A DNA stretch of 64,000 bases from Candidatus Hermodarchaeota archaeon (GTDB taxonomy: Archaea; Asgardarchaeota; Thorarchaeia; Thorarchaeales; Thorarchaeaceae): contig JBHLLF010000002.1 of assembly GCA_048885865.1 (NCBI GenBank), forward strand, positions 32,001-96,000. The letters are read 5' to 3'. How positions within the stretch are numbered: position 1 is the stretch's first letter; every line of letters begins with the position of its first letter. The notes beneath the pieces were generated by a model. It had not been told where the DNA came from. It made no database searches and saw only the letters and a list, made by a program, of their open reading frames with translations. Of the stretch, positions 38,447 through 48,756 are shown in pieces. The position numbers and the translations under genes were made by a program.

Positions 38447-39505
38447 ATGGCCAATCCCAACTTCATCGCCGGCTTTCATGCAGCTATAGACATCACATAT
38501 CCAGAAGTAGATGTTTTAGCAGTGACACCATATGTCTTGCCGCTTCTTTTCATTGGAGCTGCAATTCTACTATATCAGAGACATTTGCCTCAAGATAGTG
38601 GCAGGCGAAACCTGTTGGTAGCGGCTGGCGGCGGGAGTTTCCTCGCTGGGATAATCATGCTTTTCTATGCATCATTCGGGGGCACTCCGTGGGTTGAAGG
38701 CCAGGACTTCGGAACATATCAGGAGTTCATGGGTGTTATGCAGATCGTGACTGATCTTATCTATGGTAACATCTTCATTGGAGCTCTATACATAGTCATA
38801 ATGGCCGCAATCTTCGGAGCTATAGCAAGCAAGGTGATTTCTCCTCCTGATCCAGACTTTGTTGCTCTACGAGATGTCCTGAAAGAAGCACAGGAAAAGA
38901 TGAAATCCATGAAGGACAATGTTCAGAAATTGGAGGGGGAGAATAAGGAGCTGAATGAGTTCCTCTCAGAAAAGGAGAATTCACTTACTGCATTGCAGGG
39001 CCAATTGGATGCTATTAGGGAGGAAGTTGCTGAGAGAGAAAAAGCGATGAAGGCAATGGAGGCAAGTCTAAGCTCTGCAGGTATGAGCCCCGACCAAGAA
39101 CAGGAGCTTTTGCAGACCATATCAGTGAAAGACCAGACTATAAGCAATCTTCAGGCTGAGATAGAGATGTTGAGGGAGTCGGGAGCCGCACCAGGTGCTG
39201 TCGACGCTGATAGCATGGCAAAACTTCAGGACTATATTCGCAGAGCAGAAACGGCCTCAGAAGTATCAGATAGCGTTATCTCGGACCTTGCTGAATTGAT
39301 CTCTCAGGTAGAGAGCAGTCCGTTAGATGTGTCTGCTCAAATCGCTCTGACCAGTCTAATCAAGACAATGGGCAGGGCTATGGGTAGAGTGTCAGCCCCG
39401 CCTAGTGGGCTTGTAAAGTCAGAGCCCAAGATCGAGCTCATAGGCGCAGTAATGATTGCTCATGAGATTGTTGATGGAATCAAGAAGCTGGCACGCGGAT
39501 CTTGA
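38447..39505 (+). CDS. Three-TM membrane protein with a long coiled coil
   Basis: Hydrophobic N-terminal helices, then heptad-rich EAQEKMKSMKDNVQKLE...; AGGAGG RBS. Confidence 0.75.
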   Translation: MANPNFIAGFHAAIDITYPEVDVLAVTPYVLPLLFIGAAILLYQRHLPQDSGRRNLLVAAGGGSFLAGIIMLFYASFGGTPWVEGQDFGTYQEFMGVMQIVTDLIYGNIFIGALYIVIMAAIFGAIASKVISPPDPDFVALRDVLKEAQEKMKSMKDNVQKLEGENKELNEFLSEKENSLTALQGQLDAIREEVAEREKAMKAMEASLSSAGMSPDQEQELLQTISVKDQTISNLQAEIEMLRESGAAPGAVDADSMAKLQDYIRRAETASEVSDSVISDLAELISQVESSPLDVSAQIALTSLIKTMGRAMGRVSAPPSGLVKSEPKIELIGAVMIAHEIVDGIKKLARGS

Positions 39506-39785
39506 CCTTTGTATTAATGAATTGCTAAATGGATTGTCCGATTTTGAAGAGAATCAGACATCAAAACTATTCTATCCGTGTGTAGTAATGCTTAATAGGA
39601 TGACATTTGTCTGCGAGTGCCATCACGGCATTATTGAGAACGCGTTTGAGGAGTGTATTTGGCAGGGCTCGAGCCTGGCAAATGCTTGAGGTATTTTACG
39701 TACAAGGCATGCATGGGGCCTTCAGTCGTCCTAGTCTTGTATGGCGTTTTCTATGCTGATTGATATGAGAGGAGAAAAAACACAA

Positions 39786-42700
39786 ATGTTAGATTTGCAC
39801 AAGAAACGTGCAGTGGTGTTGCTTCTTATAGTCACTCTGTCTGGTTCGCTATTTCTAGCACCAGCTATAGTGATGAGATCACCTGAAGCGACATCGTTTA
39901 GCACTTCCCCCACCATTGTGGATCAGGCAATCGACATGATTGATAGTATTAATCAACGATTGAATGATCCCATTGCAAGGGAACAAAAGGTTGACTCCCT
40001 CTTCGCATCTTATATCGCAACTGAAGAAACTACTACTGAGATGGATACGTCGCATGGCGGCGTTGATTTTCTAGTAGTCCTATATCCCGGTACTGATGTA
40101 GATGCGGTTAGGGACAATGCCAAGGTTCATTGGGCTGTTGATATGGGCTTTGCAACCTATGTCTATGGTACGGTATTCTCACCGGCAAAAGCACATATCC
40201 TAACAAAGCTCGATGGCCTGATGTATATCTCAGCCGATAAGGTGAAACCTGAAATTGACATACGAACTGACGTGCCTGAGCCTGACATGTTCGAGATCGC
40301 TGATGACCTCGGTGCATCAGGTGCAGAAGGTCTTGGCTACACAGGTGATGGTGTCACTGTTGCAATCACTGATTTCTCGACAGACTTCAGCATCCCTGAT
40401 CTAGTTGACGCAGTAGATGTCGATGCATTGGGCAGACCAACATCATATGATCCCTCAGGGATTGGAACCCAGATGCTTACATACGCAAATGCTACTAATG
40501 TCGCTGATGTCGATGCATGGCTTGCAGCAGGCTATGCCCTGACTTACTACAACGCCACGACAGGTAAGTACTACCTTAACGTCACAGGTTGGGACCCACT
40601 TATGGCTCGAGCGCCATTCAGTGCATCAGCTCACTATCTCAGGACCCTCGTGCATGAGCATTTTGGTTTGTACGGTGGTGGTCTTGATACCTTCATCTAT
40701 GACTACCTCTGGAAAGACTGGGAATTGCCAGCGCCAGGTAGTTTTGATAACTACACTGTTGGTTGGGTCTTTGAACTGCGAGATGACCAATTCGCCGCCT
40801 TGTATGCGCCAGCACTTGTAATTGATGCAAGTAAGCTAATCATTGACTGGGGCGCCATGGCAGCTTATTCACAGCTGATCAATGACTACTACTGGCAAGA
40901 GACAGTCGACAATCCCTATGATCCCGACTACCGAGATGAACTGGTCGGAATGATGGACTGGAGCTTCGAGGACGACTATAGTGCAGGCTGGTACTACACA
41001 GTTGATGGAACAGGAAAAGGACCAGTTGTACACTACAATGATGGCACGAACTACTACGGCCTAGGTTCATTGGGTTGGATCTATGACAATCTTGACTTCT
41101 ACACATACTACTTCAATGAGACCTACTTTGCAGGCACAGGTATGAATGCCACCGATGAGGAGATCTTCTGTGGCTTCAGAGCTGATGGCTTAGGATTCGG
41201 TCTGATCTATTCTGAGCTCTCCCTGACCACGGGAACGAACCACGGTCAGTGGCTTGCAGGTGCGATTGCCTCACGTGGTACTTTTGGTCACAAGGTCTAC
41301 CAAGAAAGCGATCCATTGAATGACACCGAATACTTCCTGCCAGGTATTGCTCCTGGTGCTACTGTGATGTCAATCAAGAACTTCGGCTTTGGGAGTATTT
41401 TTGACGACTTTGGAGGCACATTCTGGGCCTGTGGATTCCATCTCAATACTACATCCGGAATGTGGGAGTACACTGGTGACCACGAGGCTGACATACTATC
41501 AATGTCTTGGGGTTGGGGTGTAGGTTCACAGTTCGACTTGTTCTGGACGACATTGGCGTTCGATGCTATGTCAGTACCAGGATATGCGGATCCCTCCTAC
41601 AAGGGAATATTGATGTTCTCATCAGCAGGCAACTCTGGTCCAGGCTACATGTCAAGCGGAGCACCAGCTACTGGAGGACTTGTTGTCAGTGTTGGCGGTA
41701 CTACCAAGAGTCACTACTATAACAACCTCTATTCAGAGGGTCAAATCAATGCAAACTCCCCGGCACCATTCTCTTCAATGGGTCCGAACTTCCTAGGATA
41801 TCCGAAACCTGATGTAGTGGCCCCCGGTTATCGAGGAGTCAATCCACAGCCAATACAGAACATCATGTACGAAGGTCTACCTTGGTATTGGTCCTATACC
41901 GTTGGAGGTCCAGCACAGACCTACAAGTGGTGGCAGGGAACAAGTCTATCCTCGCCGCTGGCAGCTGCAGTTGCAGCAGTCGCACTTGAGGCTATGATGG
42001 ACAATGGCTGGGGCTATGATCCCTACGTATTGAAGGAGGTTGTTCTGTCATCAGCTACGGACTTGGGCATGGATCCATTCATTCAGGGTCATGGACAGGT
42101 CAACGCCTATGAGGCATGTTTGGCTATCCATACCTTGGCCGATGATCGGTACTACTTCCAGACCAGTGACACATTGGACAACTACTATGAATCTGCCTAC
42201 ATCTGTTGGCGCTATTGGATATTTGCCTATCCAGCCAATGGCTTCACATGGCCTGCAGGTTCAGGTGGTGATAACTGGCTTGACATCCCGCCAGACATCT
42301 GGGCTAGTATGCCCTATCCACCAGGTCATCCAAGTGCTAGCGTGGGCTCGGCTCTAACAAGTAGCATCTTCTTTGGAGATGTATTTCCAGGAGCCACGGA
42401 AACGGTGACTATGAGTGCAACGGGCTACAATGGTGTCGACTATGCGCAGGCTGGCAACTATACTGTAACAGCCTGGGAGTATGTCATGAGCGAAATGCTG
42501 AGCTTTGAAGCAACAACCTACACGTACCTAGACCACAACTTCGATCCAGCAGTGGAAACTGATGGAGTATTCAACATGACTCAGGAATTCATAGATGAAG
42601 GCTACTCGCCAGCTCAGATTGATGCTGCGTTTGCTGATCCATATGCCTTCTTTGTCATAAACTTCGACGAAGCTTACATTGGGGAAATCGCAGTCGCTAG

Positions 42701-44885
42701 GCTGTTCGACTGGGCTGATGATGGTCCAGGAGATCTAGCTGGCAACGGCGTGGCGAACTTCTACAATGTCTATCACTCTCCATGGGGTCAGATTTTCTCT
42801 GCGAGTGATACAATAAGGCACATTGGTCGAGCTTACAACGAGTTCAACAGCATGATAATACGTGTCGGTGATGTTGCTGGCCTCAGTAACGTCTTTCAGA
42901 ACACACCAGCTCTACAGGTGACAGACACCGAGGCAACTCTTACATCTGGACGTGACTTCAAGGTATCTCTCATTACCTGGGAGGTACAGACAGGATCGCT
43001 TGACGTGGTTTCTCACACAGGTGGTTTCAATGTGTCAGTCACTCCTACTAGCGATGAGTATGGTACTCATGCTGGATTTGTTGAAGTCCAGAATCTAGCA
43101 GCGACCTGGAGTCACCAGATTCCATACTCCTACAATGTTGCTGTAGATCTAGATGTGCCTGAGGGTGAAGTCATCACCTTGGCCGATGGAAATGGAACAG
43201 TCTTCAATCCATACGACAACGGTGCTGTGTTCGCTGCTGCTGATCTCTACGAGGAGAACTTTGCAGGAGCTGGAGACAAGAGAACATTCCGCATTGAAGT
43301 ACCTGAACCTGTTCTTGGAGGACCAAATGCAGGCAACGGCTCCATCTTGGCTTTCAAGGTGAGCTGGGAGAATCCTGGTACTGTCGTGGACATGTATCTC
43401 ACTGACAGCTATGAGAGCGACTACTTCTATGCTGCAACCAACAATGCTGACTTCCCACTCAACGAACCCCCAGTGAGACCAACGTACAACACTATGGTCT
43501 TCGATGGTGGTCCTGAGAGTGTGTATCTCTACCGTGGAGAATGGTATCTACAGTTGGTCGTCAGTGCATGGAATGGAACCGATCCGTTTGAGGAGATAAC
43601 ACTCGAAGTACAGTGGTTCATGCAAGGACCCTCTTCGAGCCTGGAATCATCCTACTCAGCTTCTGGTATACCATCCACACCATTTGGTAGTGGAGAGACT
43701 CTAGCTGGACATCACGTGGAGTTGAACTTCACCTACACTGACTACAGCTTCCCAATGAATCCAGACTTCGAGATCGTGGAGACTGAACTGGCATTCCTGA
43801 GTGGACTGTTCTTTGAAGACGAAGACATACCACTGGTTATTCCAACTGCAGCATTCCCGCCAGCTTGGCCATTCAATAATCCGAATTCGCCAATACCGGC
43901 GGATCAGGTTTCGGTTGCGATACTCAAGGGTCTTGCACCAGGTGATCCAGTCCGGATAGTTGCTGACTTCTCGACTGGAGACTGTGACTTCTGGGTTGTT
44001 GATGGAGAGACTCCATGGGCATACGGCAATGACCTGGTCACTGCAGCAGGTGGAACCATGGCATCAGGTGCCCATCCTGAAGCTGGTAGCTTCACTTGGA
44101 CTTCAACAAACGACACCATGATTCTCATATGTTGGAATTATGACCAAGATCCAGGTACATGGAGCTACACTGTGGATACTCGTTCAGCAGAGGCACAACC
44201 AGTAGTTCCTGGAAGAACTGTCATGTACGACACCTATGACTTCTTCTTCAACATCACCAAGGACATTCAGGTGACAGCCTACACAGGCACTGAGGTTGCA
44301 TGGGTGGAGACACTCAACGCGGTGACTTTCGCCAACTTCTTCAATCCAACGATTGAGTTGCTTGCTCCTTTGGGAGGTGAGGACTGGAGTACAGGTACTC
44401 ACAACATCACCTTCACTGCAGATGATGCAAACGGTGATGACATAATCTTCCGGATACGGTTCTCCAAGGACGGAGGAACATACTGGGAGACCCTGTACAC
44501 AGGACCAGCGCCATATGATGCAGTCAATGGCTACTACTACCACTCTTGGACCACAACTGGAATCTTGGCGACCGACGAAGCACTGATTGAAGTCACAGCG
44601 CTTGACAACGATACGCTATACGCCGGTCAATACGGCTTGCCGACCCTCTGGCCAGGAAATCCATCCATACCAGATAGGAGCGATGCCGTGTTCTCGCTTG
44701 GAAGCGGTACCATTCCACCACAGACAACACCGCCAACGACTCCACCGACAACACCACCAACTACACCCCCGACGACACCTCCACCACCAGTGCCACCTAT
44801 CGACCCGCTGTTGCTTGGTCTGATTGCTGGTATTGGCGTTGGAGTAGTAGTGGTGCTGATCCTCTTCCTAGTGAAGAAGCGTTAG
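39786..44885 (+). CDS. Very large (~1700 aa) surface S8 subtilase-like protein
   Basis: ITDFS, NHGQW, SAGNSG, KPDVVAPG, GTSLSSP; PPTT linker, TM, KKR. Confidence 0.88.
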   Translation: MLDLHKKRAVVLLLIVTLSGSLFLAPAIVMRSPEATSFSTSPTIVDQAIDMIDSINQRLNDPIAREQKVDSLFASYIATEETTTEMDTSHGGVDFLVVLYPGTDVDAVRDNAKVHWAVDMGFATYVYGTVFSPAKAHILTKLDGLMYISADKVKPEIDIRTDVPEPDMFEIADDLGASGAEGLGYTGDGVTVAITDFSTDFSIPDLVDAVDVDALGRPTSYDPSGIGTQMLTYANATNVADVDAWLAAGYALTYYNATTGKYYLNVTGWDPLMARAPFSASAHYLRTLVHEHFGLYGGGLDTFIYDYLWKDWELPAPGSFDNYTVGWVFELRDDQFAALYAPALVIDASKLIIDWGAMAAYSQLINDYYWQETVDNPYDPDYRDELVGMMDWSFEDDYSAGWYYTVDGTGKGPVVHYNDGTNYYGLGSLGWIYDNLDFYTYYFNETYFAGTGMNATDEEIFCGFRADGLGFGLIYSELSLTTGTNHGQWLAGAIASRGTFGHKVYQESDPLNDTEYFLPGIAPGATVMSIKNFGFGSIFDDFGGTFWACGFHLNTTSGMWEYTGDHEADILSMSWGWGVGSQFDLFWTTLAFDAMSVPGYADPSYKGILMFSSAGNSGPGYMSSGAPATGGLVVSVGGTTKSHYYNNLYSEGQINANSPAPFSSMGPNFLGYPKPDVVAPGYRGVNPQPIQNIMYEGLPWYWSYTVGGPAQTYKWWQGTSLSSPLAAAVAAVALEAMMDNGWGYDPYVLKEVVLSSATDLGMDPFIQGHGQVNAYEACLAIHTLADDRYYFQTSDTLDNYYESAYICWRYWIFAYPANGFTWPAGSGGDNWLDIPPDIWASMPYPPGHPSASVGSALTSSIFFGDVFPGATETVTMSATGYNGVDYAQAGNYTVTAWEYVMSEMLSFEATTYTYLDHNFDPAVETDGVFNMTQEFIDEGYSPAQIDAAFADPYAFFVINFDEAYIGEIAVARLFDWADDGPGDLAGNGVANFYNVYHSPWGQIFSASDTIRHIGRAYNEFNSMIIRVGDVAGLSNVFQNTPALQVTDTEATLTSGRDFKVSLITWEVQTGSLDVVSHTGGFNVSVTPTSDEYGTHAGFVEVQNLAATWSHQIPYSYNVAVDLDVPEGEVITLADGNGTVFNPYDNGAVFAAADLYEENFAGAGDKRTFRIEVPEPVLGGPNAGNGSILAFKVSWENPGTVVDMYLTDSYESDYFYAATNNADFPLNEPPVRPTYNTMVFDGGPESVYLYRGEWYLQLVVSAWNGTDPFEEITLEVQWFMQGPSSSLESSYSASGIPSTPFGSGETLAGHHVELNFTYTDYSFPMNPDFEIVETELAFLSGLFFEDEDIPLVIPTAAFPPAWPFNNPNSPIPADQVSVAILKGLAPGDPVRIVADFSTGDCDFWVVDGETPWAYGNDLVTAAGGTMASGAHPEAGSFTWTSTNDTMILICWNYDQDPGTWSYTVDTRSAEAQPVVPGRTVMYDTYDFFFNITKDIQVTAYTGTEVAWVETLNAVTFANFFNPTIELLAPLGGEDWSTGTHNITFTADDANGDDIIFRIRFSKDGGTYWETLYTGPAPYDAVNGYYYHSWTTTGILATDEALIEVTALDNDTLYAGQYGLPTLWPGNPSIPDRSDAVFSLGSGTIPPQTTPPTTPPTTPPTTPPTTPPPPVPPIDPLLLGLIAGIGVGVVVVLILFLVKKR
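44715..44798 (+). repeat. Pro/Thr (TTPP)n linker
   Basis: PPQTTPPTTPPTTPPTTPPTTPPPPVPP before the TM anchor. Confidence 0.9.
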
Positions 44886-44910
44886 GCCAAGGTATACGAC
44901 TCAGCTTAAA

Positions 44911-44941
44911 GGGGGCTTATGCCCCCACACCCCTTTTTTTT
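44911..44941 (+). terminator. GC hairpin plus T8 terminator
   Basis: gggggc-ttat-gccccc then acacccc and tttttttt, shortly after the stop codon. Confidence 0.75.
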
Positions 44942-45044
44942 GACTGTCGGCAACTCAGAGAATTCTATGTTCTACAGAAGTGTATTTGACAAAATGGATT
45001 GGAATCCACATTTCCTTTGTCTAGGAAATCTGGTCAACCAACAG

Positions 45045-45575
45045 CTAGAATTTCTCAGAAGCAACTACTTCTTTGAGCGGCCTACGTGGTCGCATCGCAG
45101 GGACAGACCCGGCGATAAGGCCAATTGGTACTATCGCGACCGGTCTCATACTGGCAGGAACATTCACCGCCTTGGCAGCAAGTCCTTCATCAAAAGCTCC
45201 TATCCAACATGCACCATAGCCCTTCATATGGGAGGCGAGCAGTAGGTTCTGCGTCAACGCAGCAGTGTCCTGGAGCACATAGAGTGTCCTCCCCCTCTTT
45301 CCGTACCTCTCTGCAGATTCTTCTGGGACCGCACACACAACTAGGATAACGGGTGCTTGGGCAATGAACTTCTGATTGAGTGCAGCCTCGACTAGAGCCG
45401 CCTTTGTGTTCTTGTTTCTAACAACCACAACACGCCATGGCTGCCTGTTGCCAGCAGATGGAGCACTGAATCCGACCTCTAGTATGTCATTCAAATTCTC
45501 TTCGCTAATATCCGTACTTTCGAATTTTCTAATTGACTGTCTGCTCTTCACAGTATCTAAACAGCTCTCATTCAC
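45045..45575 (-). CDS. Nitroreductase family protein
   Basis: RQSIRKF, APSAGNRQPW, GYGACWIG. Confidence 0.92.
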   Translation of the reverse strand: MNESCLDTVKSRQSIRKFESTDISEENLNDILEVGFSAPSAGNRQPWRVVVVRNKNTKAALVEAALNQKFIAQAPVILVVCAVPEESAERYGKRGRTLYVLQDTAALTQNLLLASHMKGYGACWIGAFDEGLAAKAVNVPASMRPVAIVPIGLIAGSVPAMRPRRPLKEVVASEKF

Positions 45576-46551
45576 TCCATTTCACCTCTGGATTCACAAT
45601 ATTTGGGGGTTTTTCACCCTGTAAGGCAGCTATCAAGTTTCTTGCACACATCTCTGCCATCTTTGCACGTGTGTCGATACTTGCACTCCCAATATGCGGG
45701 AGCAAAACGACATTATCAAGATTGAGTAATCCGCTATTCATCGGAATCGGTTCATCTCTAAAGACATCAAGACCCGCGCCTGCAAGCAATCCTGTTTTCA
45801 GCGCTCGAGTCAAGGCGTCCTCATCAATCACCGGGCCTCTTGATGTATTCACCAAGAATGCAGATGGTTTCATCATCCGCAACTCGTCTATCCCTATCAT
45901 ACATTGGGTATCATCTGTCAAGGGAACATGAACAGTAACAATATCTGACTCACGGAGAAGCGTTTCTAAATCTGTTCTCGAAGCTTTCAAGTCTGCCTCA
46001 ATCTCTTCATTTCTGGACCTCGAATGATACAGTATTTTCATCGAGAAGCCTGCAGCCCGTCGGGCTACAGCACTGCCTATTCGACCTGTTCCTATGATTC
46101 CTAGTGTTGAACCGAAAATATCCCTTCCAAGAAGCATTGTGGGATCCCAAGGAACTCGCCAGTTACCATTTCTCACGTATCGGTCTGCTTCCGGAACCCT
46201 CCGACAGGCTGCTAGGATTAGAGCCCATGTTAGGTCTGCAGTGGTTTCTGTGAGAATCCCTGGTGTGTTCGTGACCGCTATATTTCTTTCAGTTGCTGCT
46301 TGAATGTCAATGTTGTCGTAGCCCACGGCGCATTGTGCAATAACTCTAAGGTTTGGCAGCGAGTCCATCAGCTCAGCGTCTATTGGGTCTGAAAGGAGTG
46401 TGACAAGTCCTCTGCAGCCTTGCGCACCCTTGATGATTTCCTTCTTTGACGGTGGATCAACATGTGCCCAAACATTTGTGTCAAAATTCGCCCTTATTCG
46501 TTCTAGGCCCTCCTCTGGAATTCTTCTGGTTACAAAGACGCGGTCCTTCAT
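45568..46551 (-). CDS. gyaR: Glyoxylate reductase / D-2-hydroxyacid dehydrogenase
   Basis: AVGYDNID, GIIGTGRIG, NTSRG, LDVF, PHIGSA. Confidence 0.88.
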   Translation of the reverse strand: MKDRVFVTRRIPEEGLERIRANFDTNVWAHVDPPSKKEIIKGAQGCRGLVTLLSDPIDAELMDSLPNLRVIAQCAVGYDNIDIQAATERNIAVTNTPGILTETTADLTWALILAACRRVPEADRYVRNGNWRVPWDPTMLLGRDIFGSTLGIIGTGRIGSAVARRAAGFSMKILYHSRSRNEEIEADLKASRTDLETLLRESDIVTVHVPLTDDTQCMIGIDELRMMKPSAFLVNTSRGPVIDEDALTRALKTGLLAGAGLDVFRDEPIPMNSGLLNLDNVVLLPHIGSASIDTRAKMAEMCARNLIAALQGEKPPNIVNPEVKWSE

Positions 46552-46785
46552 TTGAGGTCACTCACTTTCTTTTTACGGCGGATGTGTTTCTGTCACGACC
46601 ATCCTCCACTTGAATGCTACCCTACAGTGCCCTTCGTCCTTCGCTATCTTGTTGAAGTCAATGCAAATTAAAAAGGAGTAGCTACTCAAAAATGGAGCCC
46701 TCTGCTTTGACCTATTGTCTTATATTGTGCTCAGAGAACATTAGTCAAGGAAGGCTATAGCCCGATAAAGGGCCGGTGGTGAACA

Positions 46786-47052
46786 ATGTCCTTAGAGCTA
46801 CCAAGAAGTGCAATTATAGTCCTAGACAAATTAACGCATGACGGTCCTCTGACCCCGAAAGACATCTCCACTAGAGTCGATCTTGCCCCAAGAACGGTTT
46901 CATTTGCTCTACGCAAGTTGATGGGGCAGAAACTCTGCAGAAAGATCCCGAACCTTCAGGATATGAGGCAGCCTCTCTATCTGGCTGATGTGGAGAGAGC
47001 CAGGGAACTCCGAATGAAATTCGAGCATGTTTTCCGTCAGGTTCTCATGTAA
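46786..47052 (+). CDS. Winged-helix (MarR/ArsR-like) regulator
   Basis: GPLTPKDIS...LAPRTVSFALRKL...DMRQPLY. Confidence 0.8.
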   Translation: MSLELPRSAIIVLDKLTHDGPLTPKDISTRVDLAPRTVSFALRKLMGQKLCRKIPNLQDMRQPLYLADVERARELRMKFEHVFRQVLM

Positions 47053-47140
47053 GAGTATGACCATGCTTACTCCCTTCTCTTGTTTCTAAAATTGAGATTC
47101 CCCGTCAATGAAAACAATCAAGTAGAGTTAATAGTGAGAA

Positions 47141-47353
47141 TTGAATTTCCAGCCTGGATGGATTGACATGGCGCATGAAGGAATTGCTTCTCTGCTGATA
47201 ATCTTGGGGATAATCCTCATTATTTCCTACCAACTCGGCCCTAGCAAAGAAGTGCGCGAGATAAAGCGTCTCGAAGCGAAAGCAATGACTCTGCCATCTG
47301 CAATTCTGCTCTTTGTCCTTGCGGCCATCCTGTTCAGTGGGATCCTTGGTTAA
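47141..47353 (+). CDS. Small two-TM membrane protein
   Basis: Two hydrophobic helices; start probably at MAHEG. Confidence 0.55.
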   Translation: MNFQPGWIDMAHEGIASLLIILGIILIISYQLGPSKEVREIKRLEAKAMTLPSAILLFVLAAILFSGILG

Positions 47354-48342
47354 GTCCTTCCATACTCCATTGCCACAAGTTTGCAGAAGATTGCTGCTGA
47401 TACAAAATCAGCTGTTGTTCCTGGATTAAGGAGATTCCCTTCTCTCCTCAGTTCATCATCCAGATGTGCCATCAAATCATCAGTATCTTTTCCATTCATG
47501 CCATTGCTGACGATTTTCTCGGCTAGAACTCGGACCTCCTCAGCACGTTTGATTCCTGCCTTCTTTAGGATTAGTCCATCATGGTGCCTCGATAGCTGCC
47601 AGATGAAAGTTCTTACAATGCCTTCTTCAAGGTCTTCCAGACTCTCTGCAACTTGATCTAGATATGGGAACACTTTCCCTAGGATATCTTGGTAATATTC
47701 GGACCATTCTCGCGAAATTGGGTCGACTTCGGCAGACATCTTGAACAGCTCGTGTAGAGTCATGTTGTCCTCTCTAATGTTGTCAAACACCTTTGGATTC
47801 TCGATGTCAAATCTATCATGAACATCGGTCCAAGTGGCATCCGCCTTGTTCAGTTGACCTCCAGGATGTATTAGATGGAATGCTCTGTAGAGATCTACGG
47901 TATCTTCAGATGATGTTGCATTTAGTATCAGCTTGATCCAGCGGCTCATACAGTCTGTCGTGAACATGTCTGACTCTGCGATATTCGCTCCTGCTGCTAT
48001 GACAAGAGGCAAATGGAGAAGAACTGTTCCGAAAATAGTATTCCTTTGATTCAAACCTGAGAAGACATCCCGCGAACATTCGTATATGATGCTCCCAATC
48101 TTGACATCCTCAGGACCAATTCGCCCCTCAGCCAATTCCTGACCTTTCGACGCAGCTATATGCAAGCCTCTTGATGCAAGTGAAGCGCTGGCCAGAAAGT
48201 GCCTGTATCCTGTATCTGAGAATCTTCGGAGCCGGCTCACATTTCCGGGCTTTGGAGAACTGACCTCCAAGAGAATGGATAGCTGACCAAGGCTCGCCAG
48301 TTTCCAGGTTATGTTCGCTTTCAAAGTGAGAAGTCTGGACAT
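47350..48342 (-). CDS. citG: CitG-family triphosphoribosyl-dephospho-CoA synthase-like protein
   Basis: LEVSSPKPGNV, NTIFG, NPGTTAD. Confidence 0.85.
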   Translation of the reverse strand: MSRLLTLKANITWKLASLGQLSILLEVSSPKPGNVSRLRRFSDTGYRHFLASASLASRGLHIAASKGQELAEGRIGPEDVKIGSIIYECSRDVFSGLNQRNTIFGTVLLHLPLVIAAGANIAESDMFTTDCMSRWIKLILNATSSEDTVDLYRAFHLIHPGGQLNKADATWTDVHDRFDIENPKVFDNIREDNMTLHELFKMSAEVDPISREWSEYYQDILGKVFPYLDQVAESLEDLEEGIVRTFIWQLSRHHDGLILKKAGIKRAEEVRVLAEKIVSNGMNGKDTDDLMAHLDDELRREGNLLNPGTTADFVSAAIFCKLVAMEYGRT

Positions 48343-48417
48343 GCACCCTCGTTTAAGGAATTCGCATCAGGGAGAAAAGGCTTTTTTGCCGTCACTTTTC
48401 TGGGAAACTGAATCACA

Positions 48418-48756
48418 ATGAATGCGCCTATCCTTTCCGCTCGCCTGACCTTCTCACAGATTGGTCTGTTTATAGCTATAATCATCTACCTTGCTGTCAG
48501 AGGCTTCTTTGTGATACTCAACATTGGAATTCTGTGGACCACGGTAGGTGGCTTTCTTGCAATCGCAATCCCTCCACTCTCAACCATCGTGATGGGATTC
48601 ACTGCTTGTGTAATTGCTTATGGATATTCGTACTTAGGTCTGTGGCTAATGGATAAGAACCAGCATCTCCCGGGATTGATAACGATTTTCATGGGAGTGA
48701 TATTTCTACCCGGTCTACTTGGGGCTTACTCTTATCTTGCATTCCCACCAGTCTAG
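48418..48756 (+). CDS. Small membrane protein
   Basis: Three to four hydrophobic helices. Confidence 0.6.
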   Translation: MNAPILSARLTFSQIGLFIAIIIYLAVRGFFVILNIGILWTTVGGFLAIAIPPLSTIVMGFTACVIAYGYSYLGLWLMDKNQHLPGLITIFMGVIFLPGLLGAYSYLAFPPV

